64,000 nt of DNA from Eubacteriales bacterium. GTDB taxonomy: Bacteria > Bacillota > Clostridia > Oscillospirales > CAG-272. Positions 51,484-62,937 of this stretch are shown piece after piece. Every line of letters begins with the position of its first letter. The stretch's first letter is position 1. Below the pieces are notes generated by a model, which was given only the letters and a program-made list of their open reading frames with translations, made no database searches and was not told the DNA's origin. Where the stretch lies: the NCBI GenBank assembly GCA_045602325.1, contig JAZSBH010000132.1:20909-84908 (forward strand). Reading direction: 5' to 3'. The position numbers and the translations under genes were made by a program.

Positions 51484-53793
51484 ATGGCAAAGACGAATCT
51501 GGTCATTGTGGAGTCGCCCTCCAAGGCGAGCACCATCAAAGGCTATCTCGGTTCTAATTACAAGGTAATCGCTTCGGTGGGCCACGTCCGCGACCTGCCC
51601 AAGAGTACCCTGGGTGTGGATATTGAAAACAATTTTGCCGCCCACTATATCAATATCCGCGGAAAGGGCGATATCATCAAGGAGATCAAGAAGGAAGCCA
51701 AGAACGCAAACAAAATCTTCCTCGCGACCGACCCTGATCGCGAGGGTGAGGCTATTTCCTGGCACCTGGCGACTGCTCTCGGCATCCCCGTGGAGCAGGT
51801 TCAGCGCGTGACCTTTAACGAGGTCACCAAGCCGGTGGTCAAGGCCGCTATTAAGCAGCCCCGTCCCATCGATATGCATCTGGTCAACGCCCAGCAGACC
51901 CGCCGTATCCTGGACCGTATCGTGGGCTATAAGCTCTCTCCCTTCCTGTGGAAGACGGTGCGGAGCGGTCTGTCCGCAGGTCGCGTTCAGTCGGTGGCAA
52001 CCAAGATCCTGGTGGATCGCGAGAACGAGATCCGTGCTTTCAAGCCCGAGGAATACTGGACCATTGACGCCACCCTGATCTCTCCCGATAAGAAGACCTT
52101 TACCGCACGCTTTTACGGAAACCACAAGGGAAAGATCCGCCTCACGGACGAAGCCGCCGCCATGAAGGTGGTGCATGCCGTTGAGGGCCAGCCCTTCACC
52201 GTGGATAGCGTCAAGCGCTCTACCCGAAAGAAGAATCCCGCGCCTCCCTTCACCACCTCCACCATGCAGCAGGAGGCTTCCCGTAAGCTGAACTTCCAGT
52301 CCCAGCGTGTCATGCGGGTGGCGCAGGAGTTGTACGAAGGCGTGAACCTCGGCTCGGAATTCGGCGGCGTACAGGGTTTGATCACCTACATGCGTACCGA
52401 CTCCCTCCGCGTATCGGCCGACGCTCAGGCCGCCGCCGCTACCCTCATCCGCGAGAAGTACGGCGACAACTATTATCCCGATACCCCTCGTGTGTATAAA
52501 ACCCGCGCTTCGGCACAGGATGCTCACGAGGCCATCCGTCCTGCCCGCGTGGAGATCGAGCCTGCCATGGTTCGTAAGCAGCTCACCTCGGATCAGTACC
52601 GCCTCTACAAGCTCATTTGGGAGCGCTTCATCGCCAGCCAGATGGAGTCGGCGGATATCGCTACCCTGACCGTGGATTTTGACTGCCAAAGCTATCTGTT
52701 CCGCACCAGCGGCTATACCGTGACCTTCCCCGGCTACATGGCCGTGTATGAGGAATCGGTAGATGAAGGGCACCGTGCTCCCATGGCCGACGAGCCCGAG
52801 GAGCAGAGAGACCTCCGCATTCCCGCCCTGGAGGCCGGACAGGTATTGAAGTCGGATAAAATCGATCCCAACCGTCATTTCACCGAGCCTCCCCTCCGTT
52901 ATACCGAGGCATCTCTCATCAAGCTGCTTGAGGAGAAAGGCATCGGCCGTCCCTCTACCTTTGCCACCATCATCACCACCATCATCTCCCGCGGCTACGT
53001 CAAGCGGGAGGCCAAGTCCTTGGTGCCCACCGAACTGGGTGAGGTGACCAATACCATTATGATCCAAAACTTCTCCACGGTCGTGGATGAGCAATTCACC
53101 GCCCGTATGGAGGATGAGTTGGATAATATCGAGGCCGGTGATATTGAGATGGAAGCCGTACTGGGGCGGTTCTGGGGGAACTTTGAAAAGCAACTCATCG
53201 CCGCCGAGGAGACCATTGGCAGTATCAACGTGTCGGTACCCGTGGAGACTACGGATATCGTCTGCGACAAATGCGGCGCTCTGATGGTTGTCAAGAACGG
53301 CCGTTTCGGTAAGTTTGCCGCTTGCCCCAACTATCCTACCTGTAAGAATACCAAGCCCCTGACTCCCGAGGCCGATCCCGCCGCCGAGAGCAAGACCGCC
53401 GCTACGGAAAAGAAGCCCGAGGCTACGGTCACCGACATGGTCTGCGAAAAGTGCGGTGCGCCCATGGTGCTTCGCAACGGCCGTTACGGCAGCTTCTACG
53501 CTTGCTCGGCTTATCCCACCTGTAAGTTCACCAAGCCCAAGACCCGTGACATCGGCGTGGCTTGCCCCAAGTGCTCTGCCAAGCTGGTCATGAAGACCGG
53601 TCGCAACAAGACCGTGTTCTATAGCTGTGAGCGGTATCCCGACTGTGATTTCTCCTCCTGGGATATGCCCACAAACGAGAAGTGCCCTACCTGCGGCCAG
53701 ATGCTGTTCCGCAAGAAGGGCAAGGCTCTGTTGGTCTGCCACGATAAGGCTTGTGGGTACTCCCGTGAGACCGAGCCCGAGGTGCAGGAGTAA
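51484..53793 (+). CDS. topA: DNA topoisomerase I
   Basis: LVIVESPSKASTIKGYLG, ATDPDREGEAISWH, ITYMRTDS active-site Tyr context, and C-terminal C-x2-C zinc fingers. Confidence 0.97.
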   Translation: MAKTNLVIVESPSKASTIKGYLGSNYKVIASVGHVRDLPKSTLGVDIENNFAAHYINIRGKGDIIKEIKKEAKNANKIFLATDPDREGEAISWHLATALGIPVEQVQRVTFNEVTKPVVKAAIKQPRPIDMHLVNAQQTRRILDRIVGYKLSPFLWKTVRSGLSAGRVQSVATKILVDRENEIRAFKPEEYWTIDATLISPDKKTFTARFYGNHKGKIRLTDEAAAMKVVHAVEGQPFTVDSVKRSTRKKNPAPPFTTSTMQQEASRKLNFQSQRVMRVAQELYEGVNLGSEFGGVQGLITYMRTDSLRVSADAQAAAATLIREKYGDNYYPDTPRVYKTRASAQDAHEAIRPARVEIEPAMVRKQLTSDQYRLYKLIWERFIASQMESADIATLTVDFDCQSYLFRTSGYTVTFPGYMAVYEESVDEGHRAPMADEPEEQRDLRIPALEAGQVLKSDKIDPNRHFTEPPLRYTEASLIKLLEEKGIGRPSTFATIITTIISRGYVKREAKSLVPTELGEVTNTIMIQNFSTVVDEQFTARMEDELDNIEAGDIEMEAVLGRFWGNFEKQLIAAEETIGSINVSVPVETTDIVCDKCGALMVVKNGRFGKFAACPNYPTCKNTKPLTPEADPAAESKTAATEKKPEATVTDMVCEKCGAPMVLRNGRYGSFYACSAYPTCKFTKPKTRDIGVACPKCSAKLVMKTGRNKTVFYSCERYPDCDFSSWDMPTNEKCPTCGQMLFRKKGKALLVCHDKACGYSRETEPEVQE

Positions 53794-53796
53794 GCC

Positions 53797-55122
53797 ATGA
53801 GTCAGATCAATGTATTGGGCGCAGGTCTGGCGGGCTGTGAAGCCGCCTGGCAAGCCGCGCAGAGAGGAGTTTCCGTCACTCTCTACGAGATGAAGCCGCA
53901 TAAATATACTCCCGCCCACCACGGCGAGGGCTACGCCGAGCTGGTTTGCTCCAACTCCCTGCGATCCGACCGTGTGACCAACGCCGTCGGATTGCTCAAG
54001 GAGGAGCTTTCCCGCATGGGCTCCCTCATCATGGAGGCCGCCCGCGCCACCCAGGTTCCCGCCGGCTCTGCTTTGGCGGTGGATCGGGATAAATTCTCGG
54101 CCTATATTACCGAAAAGATTAAGAATCACCCTCTTATTACCATTGTGGAGGAGGAAGTGACCGCACTGCCAACCGAGGGGATCACCGTGGTGGCCACGGG
54201 ACCTCTCACCTCGGATGCTTTCGCTGATTGGCTGAAGGACAATCTGGTGGGGGAAGGACTCCACTTCTTTGATGCGGTGGCACCCATCGTGGACGCTTCC
54301 TCCATCAATATGGACGTGGCTTTCTTTGCCTCCCGCTACAATAAGGGCGACGCCGACTACATCAACTGCCCCATGACGAGGGAGCAGTACGATGCCTTCT
54401 ACAACGCCCTGATCACTGCCGAGGAGGCTCAGCTCAAGGATTTCGACAAGGATCTCAAGGTCTTCGAGGGCTGTATGCCGGTGGAGGTCATGGCCAAGCG
54501 GGGGTACGACACCCTGCGCTACGGCCCGCTGAAGCCCGTGGGTCTGGTGGACAGCCGTACCGACGCCCGCTCCTACGCCGTGGTTCAGCTTCGCCGCGAG
54601 GACGAGGAGGGAAGTATGTATAACCTGGTGGGCTTCCAGACCCACCTGACCTTCCCCGCACAGAAGCGTGTGTTTTCCATGATCCCCGGACTGGAGAACG
54701 CCGACTTCCTCCGTTACGGTGTCATGCATCGCAACACCTACCTGCCCTCTCCCGACCTTCTGGATGCCGACTATCGTCTCCGTAAGGGTTTTGGTGATGG
54801 TGAGGTCTACTTCGCCGGGCAGATGACGGGTGTGGAGGGCTACATCGAGTCCACCGGCTCGGGCTTTGTGGCGGGACTCAACGCCGCACGCAGAGCCTTG
54901 GGACAGGCTCCCATTCTGTTTCCTGAGGTTACCATGATCGGTGCCATGGCGCACTACATCAGCCACGGAGGGCTGGGCGAATTCGTCCCCATGAACGCCA
55001 ATTTCGGCATCATCCCCTCTTTGGATCACCGTGTCAAGGGCGGTAAGATCGCCCGCTATGAGGTCTACGCAAGTCGCGCTCTGGAGGCCATCGATGGACT
55101 CTTGGAAACCGTCAAGGCCTGA
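53797..55122 (+). CDS. trmFO: methylenetetrahydrofolate--tRNA-(uracil-5-)-methyltransferase TrmFO
   Basis: INVLGAGLAGCEAAWQ FAD fold, LVCSNSLRS, GQMTGVEGYIES. Confidence 0.95.
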   Translation: MSQINVLGAGLAGCEAAWQAAQRGVSVTLYEMKPHKYTPAHHGEGYAELVCSNSLRSDRVTNAVGLLKEELSRMGSLIMEAARATQVPAGSALAVDRDKFSAYITEKIKNHPLITIVEEEVTALPTEGITVVATGPLTSDAFADWLKDNLVGEGLHFFDAVAPIVDASSINMDVAFFASRYNKGDADYINCPMTREQYDAFYNALITAEEAQLKDFDKDLKVFEGCMPVEVMAKRGYDTLRYGPLKPVGLVDSRTDARSYAVVQLRREDEEGSMYNLVGFQTHLTFPAQKRVFSMIPGLENADFLRYGVMHRNTYLPSPDLLDADYRLRKGFGDGEVYFAGQMTGVEGYIESTGSGFVAGLNAARRALGQAPILFPEVTMIGAMAHYISHGGLGEFVPMNANFGIIPSLDHRVKGGKIARYEVYASRALEAIDGLLETVKA

Positions 55123-55284
55123 AAGCCCCCCGATAGACCGCAACCCCAACGGAACCCGCCCTGCGGGGCGAGTTCCGGGCTCACAAAAGTTTTTAATGAA
55201 ACCAATCCGCCTTAAAGACCTTTGCGAGCGCCGTAACTGCGGATGGGGCTTTCCCAATACAAACGAAAGGAATCGGATACGAAC

Positions 55285-56289
55285 ATGAAGATTATCGTTG
55301 ATTGCATGGGCGGCGACAAAGCCCCCCTGGAAATGCTCAAGGGCGTCATCGACGCAAAGGCCGAGCTGGGCGGGGACTATTTGCTGGTTGGGCACAAGAC
55401 CCGGCTGGAGACCCTAGCCAAGGAAAAAGGGCTGGATATCTCGAGCTTTGAGATCCTCCACGCCGAGACCGTCATTACCATGGAGGACGATTCCATGGCC
55501 TTCCGTGAGAAGAAGGATTCCTCTATGACCCTTGCCCTCCGCGCTTTGGCCAATGGGGAAGGTGACGCCATGGTGTCCTGCGGCAATACGGGCGCCCTGT
55601 TCGCAGGCGCATCTCTGACCGTCCGCCGCATTAAGGGAGTGCACCGCGCCGCCCTGGCTGCCATGCTACCCTTCGATCCCCCTGCCCTTCTTCTGGACTG
55701 CGGTGCCAACGTGACCGTACAGCCTGACTTCCTGGTGCAGTTCGCCACCATGGGTTCTGCCTACATGAAGGCGCTCTACGGTCTGGACAATCCCCGCGTG
55801 GGACTCCTCAACAACGGCGCTGAAGAACATAAGGGTACTCCTATTCAGACCGAAGCCTATCAGCTTCTGAAAGCCTGTCCCGACATCAACTTTGTGGGCA
55901 ACGTGGAGGGCAACGCCGCCCCCTTCGGTGTCTGTGACATACTGGTGGCCGATGGCTATACGGGGAACGTTCTGCTCAAGACCATGGAGGGCATGGGCAA
56001 GCTGTTCATGACCCGTATGAAGGGTATCTTTTATGCCTCCATCATATCCAAGCTGGCGGCATTGACCGTGAAAAAGTCCTTCATGCAGTTCAAAAAGGAC
56101 ATGGACGTCAAGGAGCACGGCGGCAGTCCCATTCTGGGTCTGCGCAAGCCCGTCATCAAGGCACACGGCTCCTCGGATGCCCGGGCCTTCAAGAACGCCA
56201 TCCGTCAGGCTATGCGCTTTGTTGAATCGGGAGCTACCGAGACCATTGAAGGTCTCCTGGGCATCCAAGCACAGGCGGAGAAGGAGTGA
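55285..56289 (+). CDS. plsX: phosphate acyltransferase PlsX
   Basis: MKIIVDCMGGDKAP... and VADGYTGNVLLKT. ATG 55285 chosen because homologs begin at MKI. Confidence 0.93.
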   Translation: MKIIVDCMGGDKAPLEMLKGVIDAKAELGGDYLLVGHKTRLETLAKEKGLDISSFEILHAETVITMEDDSMAFREKKDSSMTLALRALANGEGDAMVSCGNTGALFAGASLTVRRIKGVHRAALAAMLPFDPPALLLDCGANVTVQPDFLVQFATMGSAYMKALYGLDNPRVGLLNNGAEEHKGTPIQTEAYQLLKACPDINFVGNVEGNAAPFGVCDILVADGYTGNVLLKTMEGMGKLFMTRMKGIFYASIISKLAALTVKKSFMQFKKDMDVKEHGGSPILGLRKPVIKAHGSSDARAFKNAIRQAMRFVESGATETIEGLLGIQAQAEKE

Positions 56290-56292
56290 CCC

Positions 56293-57039
56293 ATGCCACG
56301 CGATCAAATAATGACGATCACTCGTGATCGTACCGCCGCCATGGATCGTCTGGAGGCCGCCATCGGGTACAATTTCCACGACCGTGCCCTGCTCCACCGC
56401 GCCATGACCCACTCTTCCCACTCCAACGAGACGGGGGAGCGGAATCATCACCTGCTGTGTAATGAGCGGTTGGAGTTTCTGGGAGACTCGGTGCTGTCCA
56501 TCGTGGTCAGCCGCTACCTATTTACGACCTATCAGCAGGAAGGTGAGGGAGTCCTCACCAACATGCGCAAGGATGTGGTCTGCGCAGAGGCACTGTCCCG
56601 CTATGCCCGCCGTATCGGCATCGGAGATTGTCTCTATCTGGGCAACGGAGAAGAACTCTCGGGCGGCCGAGATAAGGAGAACATACTGGCCGACGCTTTT
56701 GAAGCCCTCCTAGCCGCTATCTATCTGGACGCGGGGGATAAGGGCATGGAGATCATTGCGGATTTCCTGTTGCCTCTGGTACGAAAGGATCTGTCTGAAC
56801 TAGAATCCCGCGGTATTGACGGAGACTACAAGACGCCTCTCCAGCAGTTCGTCCAGCAGACCGAGGGTGACGTGCTGGAATACATCCTCATCCGTGCCGA
56901 CGGTCCCGATCATTGCAAGACCTTTGAGGTGGAGGTGCGTATCAACTCCAATCCCTGCGGACGCGGGGTAGGCTCCTCCAAGCGCAAAGCCGAGCAGGCC
57001 GCCGCCAAGGCCGCACTCAAGGTCTTTGGTATTTGTTAA
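56293..57039 (+). CDS. rnc: ribonuclease III
   Basis: NERLEFLGDSVL signature and a C-terminal dsRBD (GRGVGSSKRKAEQAAAKAAL). Confidence 0.95.
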   Translation: MPRDQIMTITRDRTAAMDRLEAAIGYNFHDRALLHRAMTHSSHSNETGERNHHLLCNERLEFLGDSVLSIVVSRYLFTTYQQEGEGVLTNMRKDVVCAEALSRYARRIGIGDCLYLGNGEELSGGRDKENILADAFEALLAAIYLDAGDKGMEIIADFLLPLVRKDLSELESRGIDGDYKTPLQQFVQQTEGDVLEYILIRADGPDHCKTFEVEVRINSNPCGRGVGSSKRKAEQAAAKAALKVFGIC

Positions 57040-57083
57040 GTGTTTTATCGTACGTTTTCAAATAAAAGAACAGGAGAAAATCC

Positions 57084-60000
57084 GTGTACTTAAAATCCAT
57101 TGAAATGCAGGGCTTTAAGTCCTTTCCCGACCGCACCAAGCTGGTCTTTGATCCCGGACATAAGGGCGGCGATCAGGTGGTCGCCGATGGCATTTCCGCC
57201 GGCGTGACCGTCATCGTCGGCCCCAACGGAAGCGGTAAATCCAATATTGCCGACGCCATGCGCTGGGTGCTGGGGGAAATCTCCTCCAAGACTCTGCGTG
57301 GCAGTAAGATGGAGGACGTCATTTTCGGTGGTGCCGACAGCCGTCGTCCCATGGGTTACGCCGAGGTATCGGTCACCTTTGATAACACCTCGGATTTCGG
57401 TAAGCTGGACTGTCCCTACGACGAGGTTACCGTCACCCGCCGCTATTTTCGCGCGGGGGAGAGTGAATATCTCATCAACCGTAAGGCCGTCCGCCTGAAG
57501 GATATTTACGAGCTGTTTCTGAATACGGGTATCGGCCGAGACGGATACTCCATCATCGGTCAGGGCCGTATCGCCGACATGGTCTCCCGTAAGAGCGAGG
57601 AGAGACGAAGCATCTTTGAGGACGCCTCGGGTATCGCCAAGTACCGAGTCAAGAAGAACGAGGCCGAGCGTAAGTTGAATGCCACCGAGAATAACCTGAT
57701 ACGCATCCGCGACATTTTTGCCGAGGTGGAGGCTCAGGTGGGGCCTCTAGAAAAGGAAGCAAACAAGGCTCGTAAGGGTATTGCCCTTCTGGAAACCAAG
57801 AAGCGTGCCGACATCAGCCTGTGGCTCTACGATACAGAGCATTTGAGTAGCCAGATCGCCGAAGCGACTGAATTGCGCAGTCACGCCGACTTTGATCTGA
57901 AGCAAGCAGAGGATGCTTTGCAGTCCCTGGACGTACAGCGTGAACGTCTCACCGAGATGAGTCAGGGTAGCCGTGCTACCTCCGAGGAACTTCAGACTCG
58001 CATTACCGAGCTTACCGAGACCCAGCATAAGCTGGACAGCCAATACAGAGTCACCGAGACTACCATGGCCCATACCGAGGAAATGATCGCCGCTGCCGGG
58101 GAGACCCGTGCCACCCTTCTTCGTCAGTTGGATACCGACCGTGCCGAACTCAATACCCACCGATCCCGTTGTGCCGAGTTGGGAGAGACCCTTGCGAGAC
58201 TGGAAGGGGAATCCAACGCTAATGCCGATGAGATCGAGGCGCTGAACCAAAAGATCAACACCCTGTCGGATATGATCGACCAAGCCGCCGATGACATCCA
58301 TACCCGTGAGCAGGAGCTCATAGATATTCGGGTCAGTATCTCGGTGCTGGAATCCGCCCGCAATTCCGACAGCGACCGCAACAGCGGTATCCTGTCCGAG
58401 ATCGAAGAGTACGAGAACACATCCCGCGCTCTGCAAAAGGAAGTGGACGATTACCAGCGGGTGGTGGATGGCTATACTGAAAAGATCAACACCATAGGCG
58501 AGGAGATCGCGGAGGCGGACAAGAAGCTTACCGAGCTCAACCAGTCCTACGGCGACCTGCATGAGGCTCATAATTCTGCTGTTCTCCGTCGCGATTCGGT
58601 GACCCAGCGTATCAATACCTACCGCGCCATGGAAGCACAGCTTTCGGGCTACGCCGATGCCGTTAAGTTTGTCATGAAGCAGTACAAGGAAGGGAACATC
58701 ACCGCCTTCGGCGGCCGTCCCTGCGGCAAGATCTACGGCCCCCTGTCCCAGCTCATTTCGGTGGAGCAGACCTACGTCACTGCTGTGGAGACGGCTCTCG
58801 GAAGCAGCCTCCAGAACATTGTGGTGGAGGACGAGGATACCGCCAAGGCCGCCATGTACGCTCTTAAGCGAGCCAATGCGGGACGGACCACCTTCTATCC
58901 CCTGTCCTCCATCCGCGGGTCTGTGGAGACCAACGAGATGAAGCAGGCCGCAGGCTTTGAGGGCTATGTTGCTGTGGCTGATACTCTTGTCGCCTGTGAC
59001 GACCGCTATCGCGACGTGCTGTCCTTCCTCCTTGGCCGCACTTTGGTGTTCGATACCATCGACCACGCCAACGTCATGGCCAAGGCTCTTCGCTACCGCG
59101 TCCGCGTGGTGACCCTGGACGGTCAGCAGATCAACGTGGGTGGTTCCTTCACGGGAGGCTCGGTGGGGCAAAAGAACGGCTCTCTGTCCCGTGCCGCCGA
59201 GATCAAGCGCATGGAGGGCGACCTTGTCGATCTGGACAAGAAGGTGGCAGAAGCCGAAAAGGCGCTTACCACCCTCCGCGAGGATATCAAGAAGACCGAC
59301 GAGGAGAAAAATTCCCTGGAGGATAAACGGGATCTCATCCGCGTTATTATGGCAGGAGAAGTGGAACGCCTCAATCGCGCCAAGGCTAACCTGGAAGCCA
59401 ACGAGACCCTTCTCACCCGTGTGAAGGAGGATTCCGAGCAGATCCTGCGTCAAAACGAGCAGAACGAGGAAAGCATGGCCTCTCTCCGTGCCGAGGAAAA
59501 GGGATTGGACAATACGGTTGCCGAGCTTCGCCAGTTCCGTACCGACAAGGCCGCCGAGCGCGGTGATGCTGAGGATCGGGTGGATCAGCTGGAGACCGAG
59601 CAGACCCGCCTGCTCATCGCCGTATCCGCCGCCCGCAAGGATGTGGAGACCGAGGAGACCCTGGCCCGTATGTGCGAGGAACGCATGGCGGTTACCAATA
59701 ATGACATCCGAATCAATGACGAGCGCGTGGCCGCCCATAGGCAAAAGCTCAAGGAATCCGCCGAGGCACAGACCGAGAACCGCCGTCTCTTTGCCGAGGG
59801 AGAGCGGGCTTTGGCCGCATTGACCAACGATCGTGCTCGAGCCGAGGAAAACAATGCTTCCTACGAGGCCAAGCTGAACTCCCTGAATACCAAGCTTCGC
59901 GAGCAAATGGAGCACAAGGAAAATCTGTTCCGCGAATTTACGACAGCGGATGCAAAATTGACTTCCTTGCAGGATGAAATGGATAAACTGTCGGGCAAGC

Positions 60001-60761
60001 TATGGGATGACTATGAGCTCAGCCGTGCCGATGCGCTGGCATTGGGCTATCCCCCCGTTACCCCCGAAAACCGTCAGGAAACGGTGGCCACCCAGACCGA
60101 TTGCCGCAACAAGCTTCGCTTCATCGGTCACTTCGACCCTGATGCGGTGGAGAAGTACAATGAGATCAAGGTGCGGTACGAGACCATGGGTGCCCAACTG
60201 AATGACCTGGAGAAATCCAAGAACGAGCTTCTGGGCATCATCGGCCGCCTGGAAGGGGAGATGGAGACCTCCTTTGTGTCTGCCTTCAACGACATCAACG
60301 AGCATTTCGGACAGACCTTCTCCGAGCTTTTCGGTGGCGGCTCTGCCGAGTTGTCCCTGACCGACCCCGACAACGTACTGGAGAGCGGCATCGAGATCAA
60401 GGCCGCCCCTCCCGGCAAGATCATCAAAAACCTCATGCAGCTCTCGGGCGGCGAGCAGGCCTTCATCGGCGTTGCGTTGTTCTTCGCCATTCTGAAGGTC
60501 AATCCCACCCCCTTCTGCATCTTGGATGAGATCGAGGCCGCCCTGGACGAGGTCAACGTGGAACGTCTCGCCCAATACATCAAACGTTACTCCGATGAGA
60601 CCCAGTTCATCATGATCACCCACCGCCGCGGTACCATGGCCGCCGCCACCAGACTGTACGGCGTGACCATGCCCGAGCGGGGTATCTCCAAGGTGCTGAC
60701 CCTGGACGTCGGAGATATTTCCAAGAATAAGGAGAATGACTGGAATGGCCTTTTTAGCTAA
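57084..60761 (+). CDS. smc: chromosome segregation protein SMC
   Basis: GTG start. GPNGSGKSN Walker A, long coiled coils, a hinge, and C-terminal LSGGEQAF and FCILDEIEAALD. Confidence 0.97.
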   Translation: MYLKSIEMQGFKSFPDRTKLVFDPGHKGGDQVVADGISAGVTVIVGPNGSGKSNIADAMRWVLGEISSKTLRGSKMEDVIFGGADSRRPMGYAEVSVTFDNTSDFGKLDCPYDEVTVTRRYFRAGESEYLINRKAVRLKDIYELFLNTGIGRDGYSIIGQGRIADMVSRKSEERRSIFEDASGIAKYRVKKNEAERKLNATENNLIRIRDIFAEVEAQVGPLEKEANKARKGIALLETKKRADISLWLYDTEHLSSQIAEATELRSHADFDLKQAEDALQSLDVQRERLTEMSQGSRATSEELQTRITELTETQHKLDSQYRVTETTMAHTEEMIAAAGETRATLLRQLDTDRAELNTHRSRCAELGETLARLEGESNANADEIEALNQKINTLSDMIDQAADDIHTREQELIDIRVSISVLESARNSDSDRNSGILSEIEEYENTSRALQKEVDDYQRVVDGYTEKINTIGEEIAEADKKLTELNQSYGDLHEAHNSAVLRRDSVTQRINTYRAMEAQLSGYADAVKFVMKQYKEGNITAFGGRPCGKIYGPLSQLISVEQTYVTAVETALGSSLQNIVVEDEDTAKAAMYALKRANAGRTTFYPLSSIRGSVETNEMKQAAGFEGYVAVADTLVACDDRYRDVLSFLLGRTLVFDTIDHANVMAKALRYRVRVVTLDGQQINVGGSFTGGSVGQKNGSLSRAAEIKRMEGDLVDLDKKVAEAEKALTTLREDIKKTDEEKNSLEDKRDLIRVIMAGEVERLNRAKANLEANETLLTRVKEDSEQILRQNEQNEESMASLRAEEKGLDNTVAELRQFRTDKAAERGDAEDRVDQLETEQTRLLIAVSAARKDVETEETLARMCEERMAVTNNDIRINDERVAAHRQKLKESAEAQTENRRLFAEGERALAALTNDRARAEENNASYEAKLNSLNTKLREQMEHKENLFREFTTADAKLTSLQDEMDKLSGKLWDDYELSRADALALGYPPVTPENRQETVATQTDCRNKLRFIGHFDPDAVEKYNEIKVRYETMGAQLNDLEKSKNELLGIIGRLEGEMETSFVSAFNDINEHFGQTFSELFGGGSAELSLTDPDNVLESGIEIKAAPPGKIIKNLMQLSGGEQAFIGVALFFAILKVNPTPFCILDEIEAALDEVNVERLAQYIKRYSDETQFIMITHRRGTMAAATRLYGVTMPERGISKVLTLDVGDISKNKENDWNGLFS

Positions 60762-61983
60762 ACTGTTTGGAAAAAAGAAAGATAACACCCCCTCCGAGGA
60801 GGCTTTGCCCGAGGAAGAGGAGGGGCTGACCCCGGAGGAAGAATCTGCCGCCGAGGCCGCTGAAGCTGCTCTGTTGAGCGGAGAGGATGCGGTAGAGGAG
60901 CCCGTTGAGGAACCCGTTGAGGAGCCCATCACGAAGTCTGTTGAGGAATCCGTTGAGGAACTCGTCGAGGAATCTGTCGCAGAGCCTGTTGAGGAATCCG
61001 TCGTGGAGTTTGTGGACCAGCCTGCCCCTGTTTTTGTTGAGTCCGCCGAACCCGAGGAAGACACAACAACCAAAAAGTCCTTCTGGGGACGACTGAAATC
61101 CGGTCTGTCCAAGACCCGTAGCGCCCTGTTTTCCCCCGTGGATAACCTGCTCAAGGCCTTCACCAAGGTAGATGAAGATCTCCTGGAGGAGCTGGAAGAG
61201 ATCCTCATTAGCGGCGACGTGGGCTTCACCGCCACCGAGGAGATCATGGACGAGCTCCGTGAGCGCATTAAGGATGGCCGCTTGAAGGAGAAAGAGCAGG
61301 TTATGGACGCCCTTCGCGAGATCATGACCGACATGATCGGAGAGAGTGAGCCTTTGCATCTGGACACCACCCCCAGTGTTCTTTTGGTCATCGGTGTCAA
61401 CGGTGCGGGTAAGACCACCTCCATCGGTAAGATCTCCAAACGCCTCCGCCTGCAAGGCAAAAAGGTGGTGGTTGCCGCCGCCGATACCTTCCGTGCCGCC
61501 GCTATCGACCAGCTCGCCGTGTGGTGCGAGCGCGCTCAAGTGGATATGGTCAAGCAGAGCGAGGGCAGTGACCCTGCCGCCGTGGTCTTTGACGCCATTG
61601 CCGTGGCCAAGAAGAAGCAGGCCGACGTGCTCATCATCGACACCGCAGGCCGTCTGCAGAATAAGAAGAACCTCATGAATGAGTTGGCCAAGATCGACCG
61701 CGTCATTGACCGTGAGCTTCCAGGTGCCGCCCGCGAGACTCTCCTCGTGCTGGACGCCACCACCGGTCAAAACGCCGTATCCCAGGCCAAGGAGTTCAGC
61801 AATGCCGCCAAGATCACGGGGATTACCCTCAACAAGTTAGACGGCACCGCCAAGGGAGGTATCATCGTCTCCATCAAGCGTGAGCTGGGTATTCCCGTTA
61901 AGTTCATCGGTGTGGGCGAGAAGATCGACGACATGCAGGAATTCGACGCCGAGGATTTTGTCCGCGCGCTGTTTGGAGAGTAA
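60745..61983 (+). CDS. ftsY: signal recognition particle receptor FtsY
   Basis: Acidic repeat A-domain, NG domain [36 protein letters not shown] 60745 is better spaced from AAGGAG than 60736. Confidence 0.95.
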   Translation: MAFLAKLFGKKKDNTPSEEALPEEEEGLTPEEESAAEAAEAALLSGEDAVEEPVEEPVEEPITKSVEESVEELVEESVAEPVEESVVEFVDQPAPVFVESAEPEEDTTTKKSFWGRLKSGLSKTRSALFSPVDNLLKAFTKVDEDLLEELEEILISGDVGFTATEEIMDELRERIKDGRLKEKEQVMDALREIMTDMIGESEPLHLDTTPSVLLVIGVNGAGKTTSIGKISKRLRLQGKKVVVAAADTFRAAAIDQLAVWCERAQVDMVKQSEGSDPAAVVFDAIAVAKKKQADVLIIDTAGRLQNKKNLMNELAKIDRVIDRELPGAARETLLVLDATTGQNAVSQAKEFSNAAKITGITLNKLDGTAKGGIIVSIKRELGIPVKFIGVGEKIDDMQEFDAEDFVRALFGE

Positions 61984-61986
61984 GCC

Positions 61987-62586
61987 ATGAACATCATTCT
62001 TGCCTCCCGCAACAAGAAAAAGATCAAGGAGATGGAGACCATCCTCGCCCAAAACATTCCCGACATCCGCATTTTGTCCTTGGATGACATTGGCTTTGAG
62101 GGAGACATTGAGGAGGACGGTTCCACCTTTGAGGAAAACGCCCTCATTAAAGCCCGTACCGCCATGGAAGCCTCGGGGAACCGAATCGCTGCTATCGCGG
62201 ATGACTCGGGGTTAGCTGTAGATGCATTGGACGGTGCTCCCGGGGTCTATTCCGCCCGCTATGCCGGTGGTCACGGTGACGATGCCGCCAATAACGCCCT
62301 ACTCCTGATGAATCTGGCTGACGTGCCCGTCAGTGAGCGTACCGCCCGCTTCGTCTGCTGTATCGCCTGCGTGTTCCCGGATGGCACCGAGATCACGGTT
62401 CGCGGTGAGACCGAAGGCCTCATCATCGACGACGCAAGAGGGAACGGTGGCTTCGGCTACGACCCCTACTTCTACTACGAGCCCTACGGCAAGACCTTCT
62501 CCGAGCTAACCGCCGATGAGAAGAACGCCATCAGCCACCGCGGCAAGGCCATCGCCAAGCTGGCCGAGAAGTTGAAAACCATCTGA
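61987..62586 (+). CDS. rdgB: XTP/dITP diphosphatase (RdgB/HAM1 family)
   Basis: [46 protein letters not shown]. Confidence 0.93.
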   Translation: MNIILASRNKKKIKEMETILAQNIPDIRILSLDDIGFEGDIEEDGSTFEENALIKARTAMEASGNRIAAIADDSGLAVDALDGAPGVYSARYAGGHGDDAANNALLLMNLADVPVSERTARFVCCIACVFPDGTEITVRGETEGLIIDDARGNGGFGYDPYFYYEPYGKTFSELTADEKNAISHRGKAIAKLAEKLKTI

Positions 62587-62612
62587 TACGCAAAGAAAAT
62601 TGGAGTCATTAT

Positions 62613-62936
62613 ATGAACAACGAAAGAATTTACCCCGCCCCCCCCGTGCTGACCTCCCAGCAGCGAGCCAAGCTTCGCTCCCTGGCCTCCACTATGTCCC
62701 CCGTGACCCAGATCGGCAAGGGCGGTGTCAGCGAAAATTTCCTCATCACGGTTTGTGACGCCCTGGAAGCCCGCGAGCTTATCAAGCTTTCGGTGCTGGG
62801 GACCTCAGAATACACCCCCCGCGAACCCGCCGAGGGCATTGCCGACGCCCTCAATGCCGCTGTGGTGGGCGTGATCGGGCGCAAGATCATCCTCTACCGC
62901 CGTTCTCTCAACGGGAAGCGGCACATTGAACTGTAA
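62613..62936 (+). CDS. yhbY: ribosome assembly RNA-binding protein YhbY (CRM domain)
   Basis: LTSQQRAKLRSLA....VTQIGKGGVSENF...ELIKL. Confidence 0.88.
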   Translation: MNNERIYPAPPVLTSQQRAKLRSLASTMSPVTQIGKGGVSENFLITVCDALEARELIKLSVLGTSEYTPREPAEGIADALNAAVVGVIGRKIILYRRSLNGKRHIEL

Positions 62937-62937
62937 T

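Noticed and set aside
51460-55395. 1311-aa minus-strand ORF spanning topA and trmFO
   Set aside because: It lies antisense to two unmistakable conserved genes. Its composition is the Gly/Val/Leu/His/Asp-rich low-complexity pattern typical of shadow ORFs in GC-rich coding DNA, and it has no RBS or recognisable motif.
60850-61030. Repetitive gttgaggaa(y)cc units encoding (V/P)EE(P/S)VEE in ftsY
   Set aside because: The acidic, repetitive A-domain is a normal feature of FtsY N-termini. It is not an independent repeat element.
57747-61770. Long minus-strand ORFs (57747-59915, 60000-61460, 60754-61770) opposite smc and ftsY
   Set aside because: Shadow ORFs antisense to conserved genes, with repetitive low-complexity translations.
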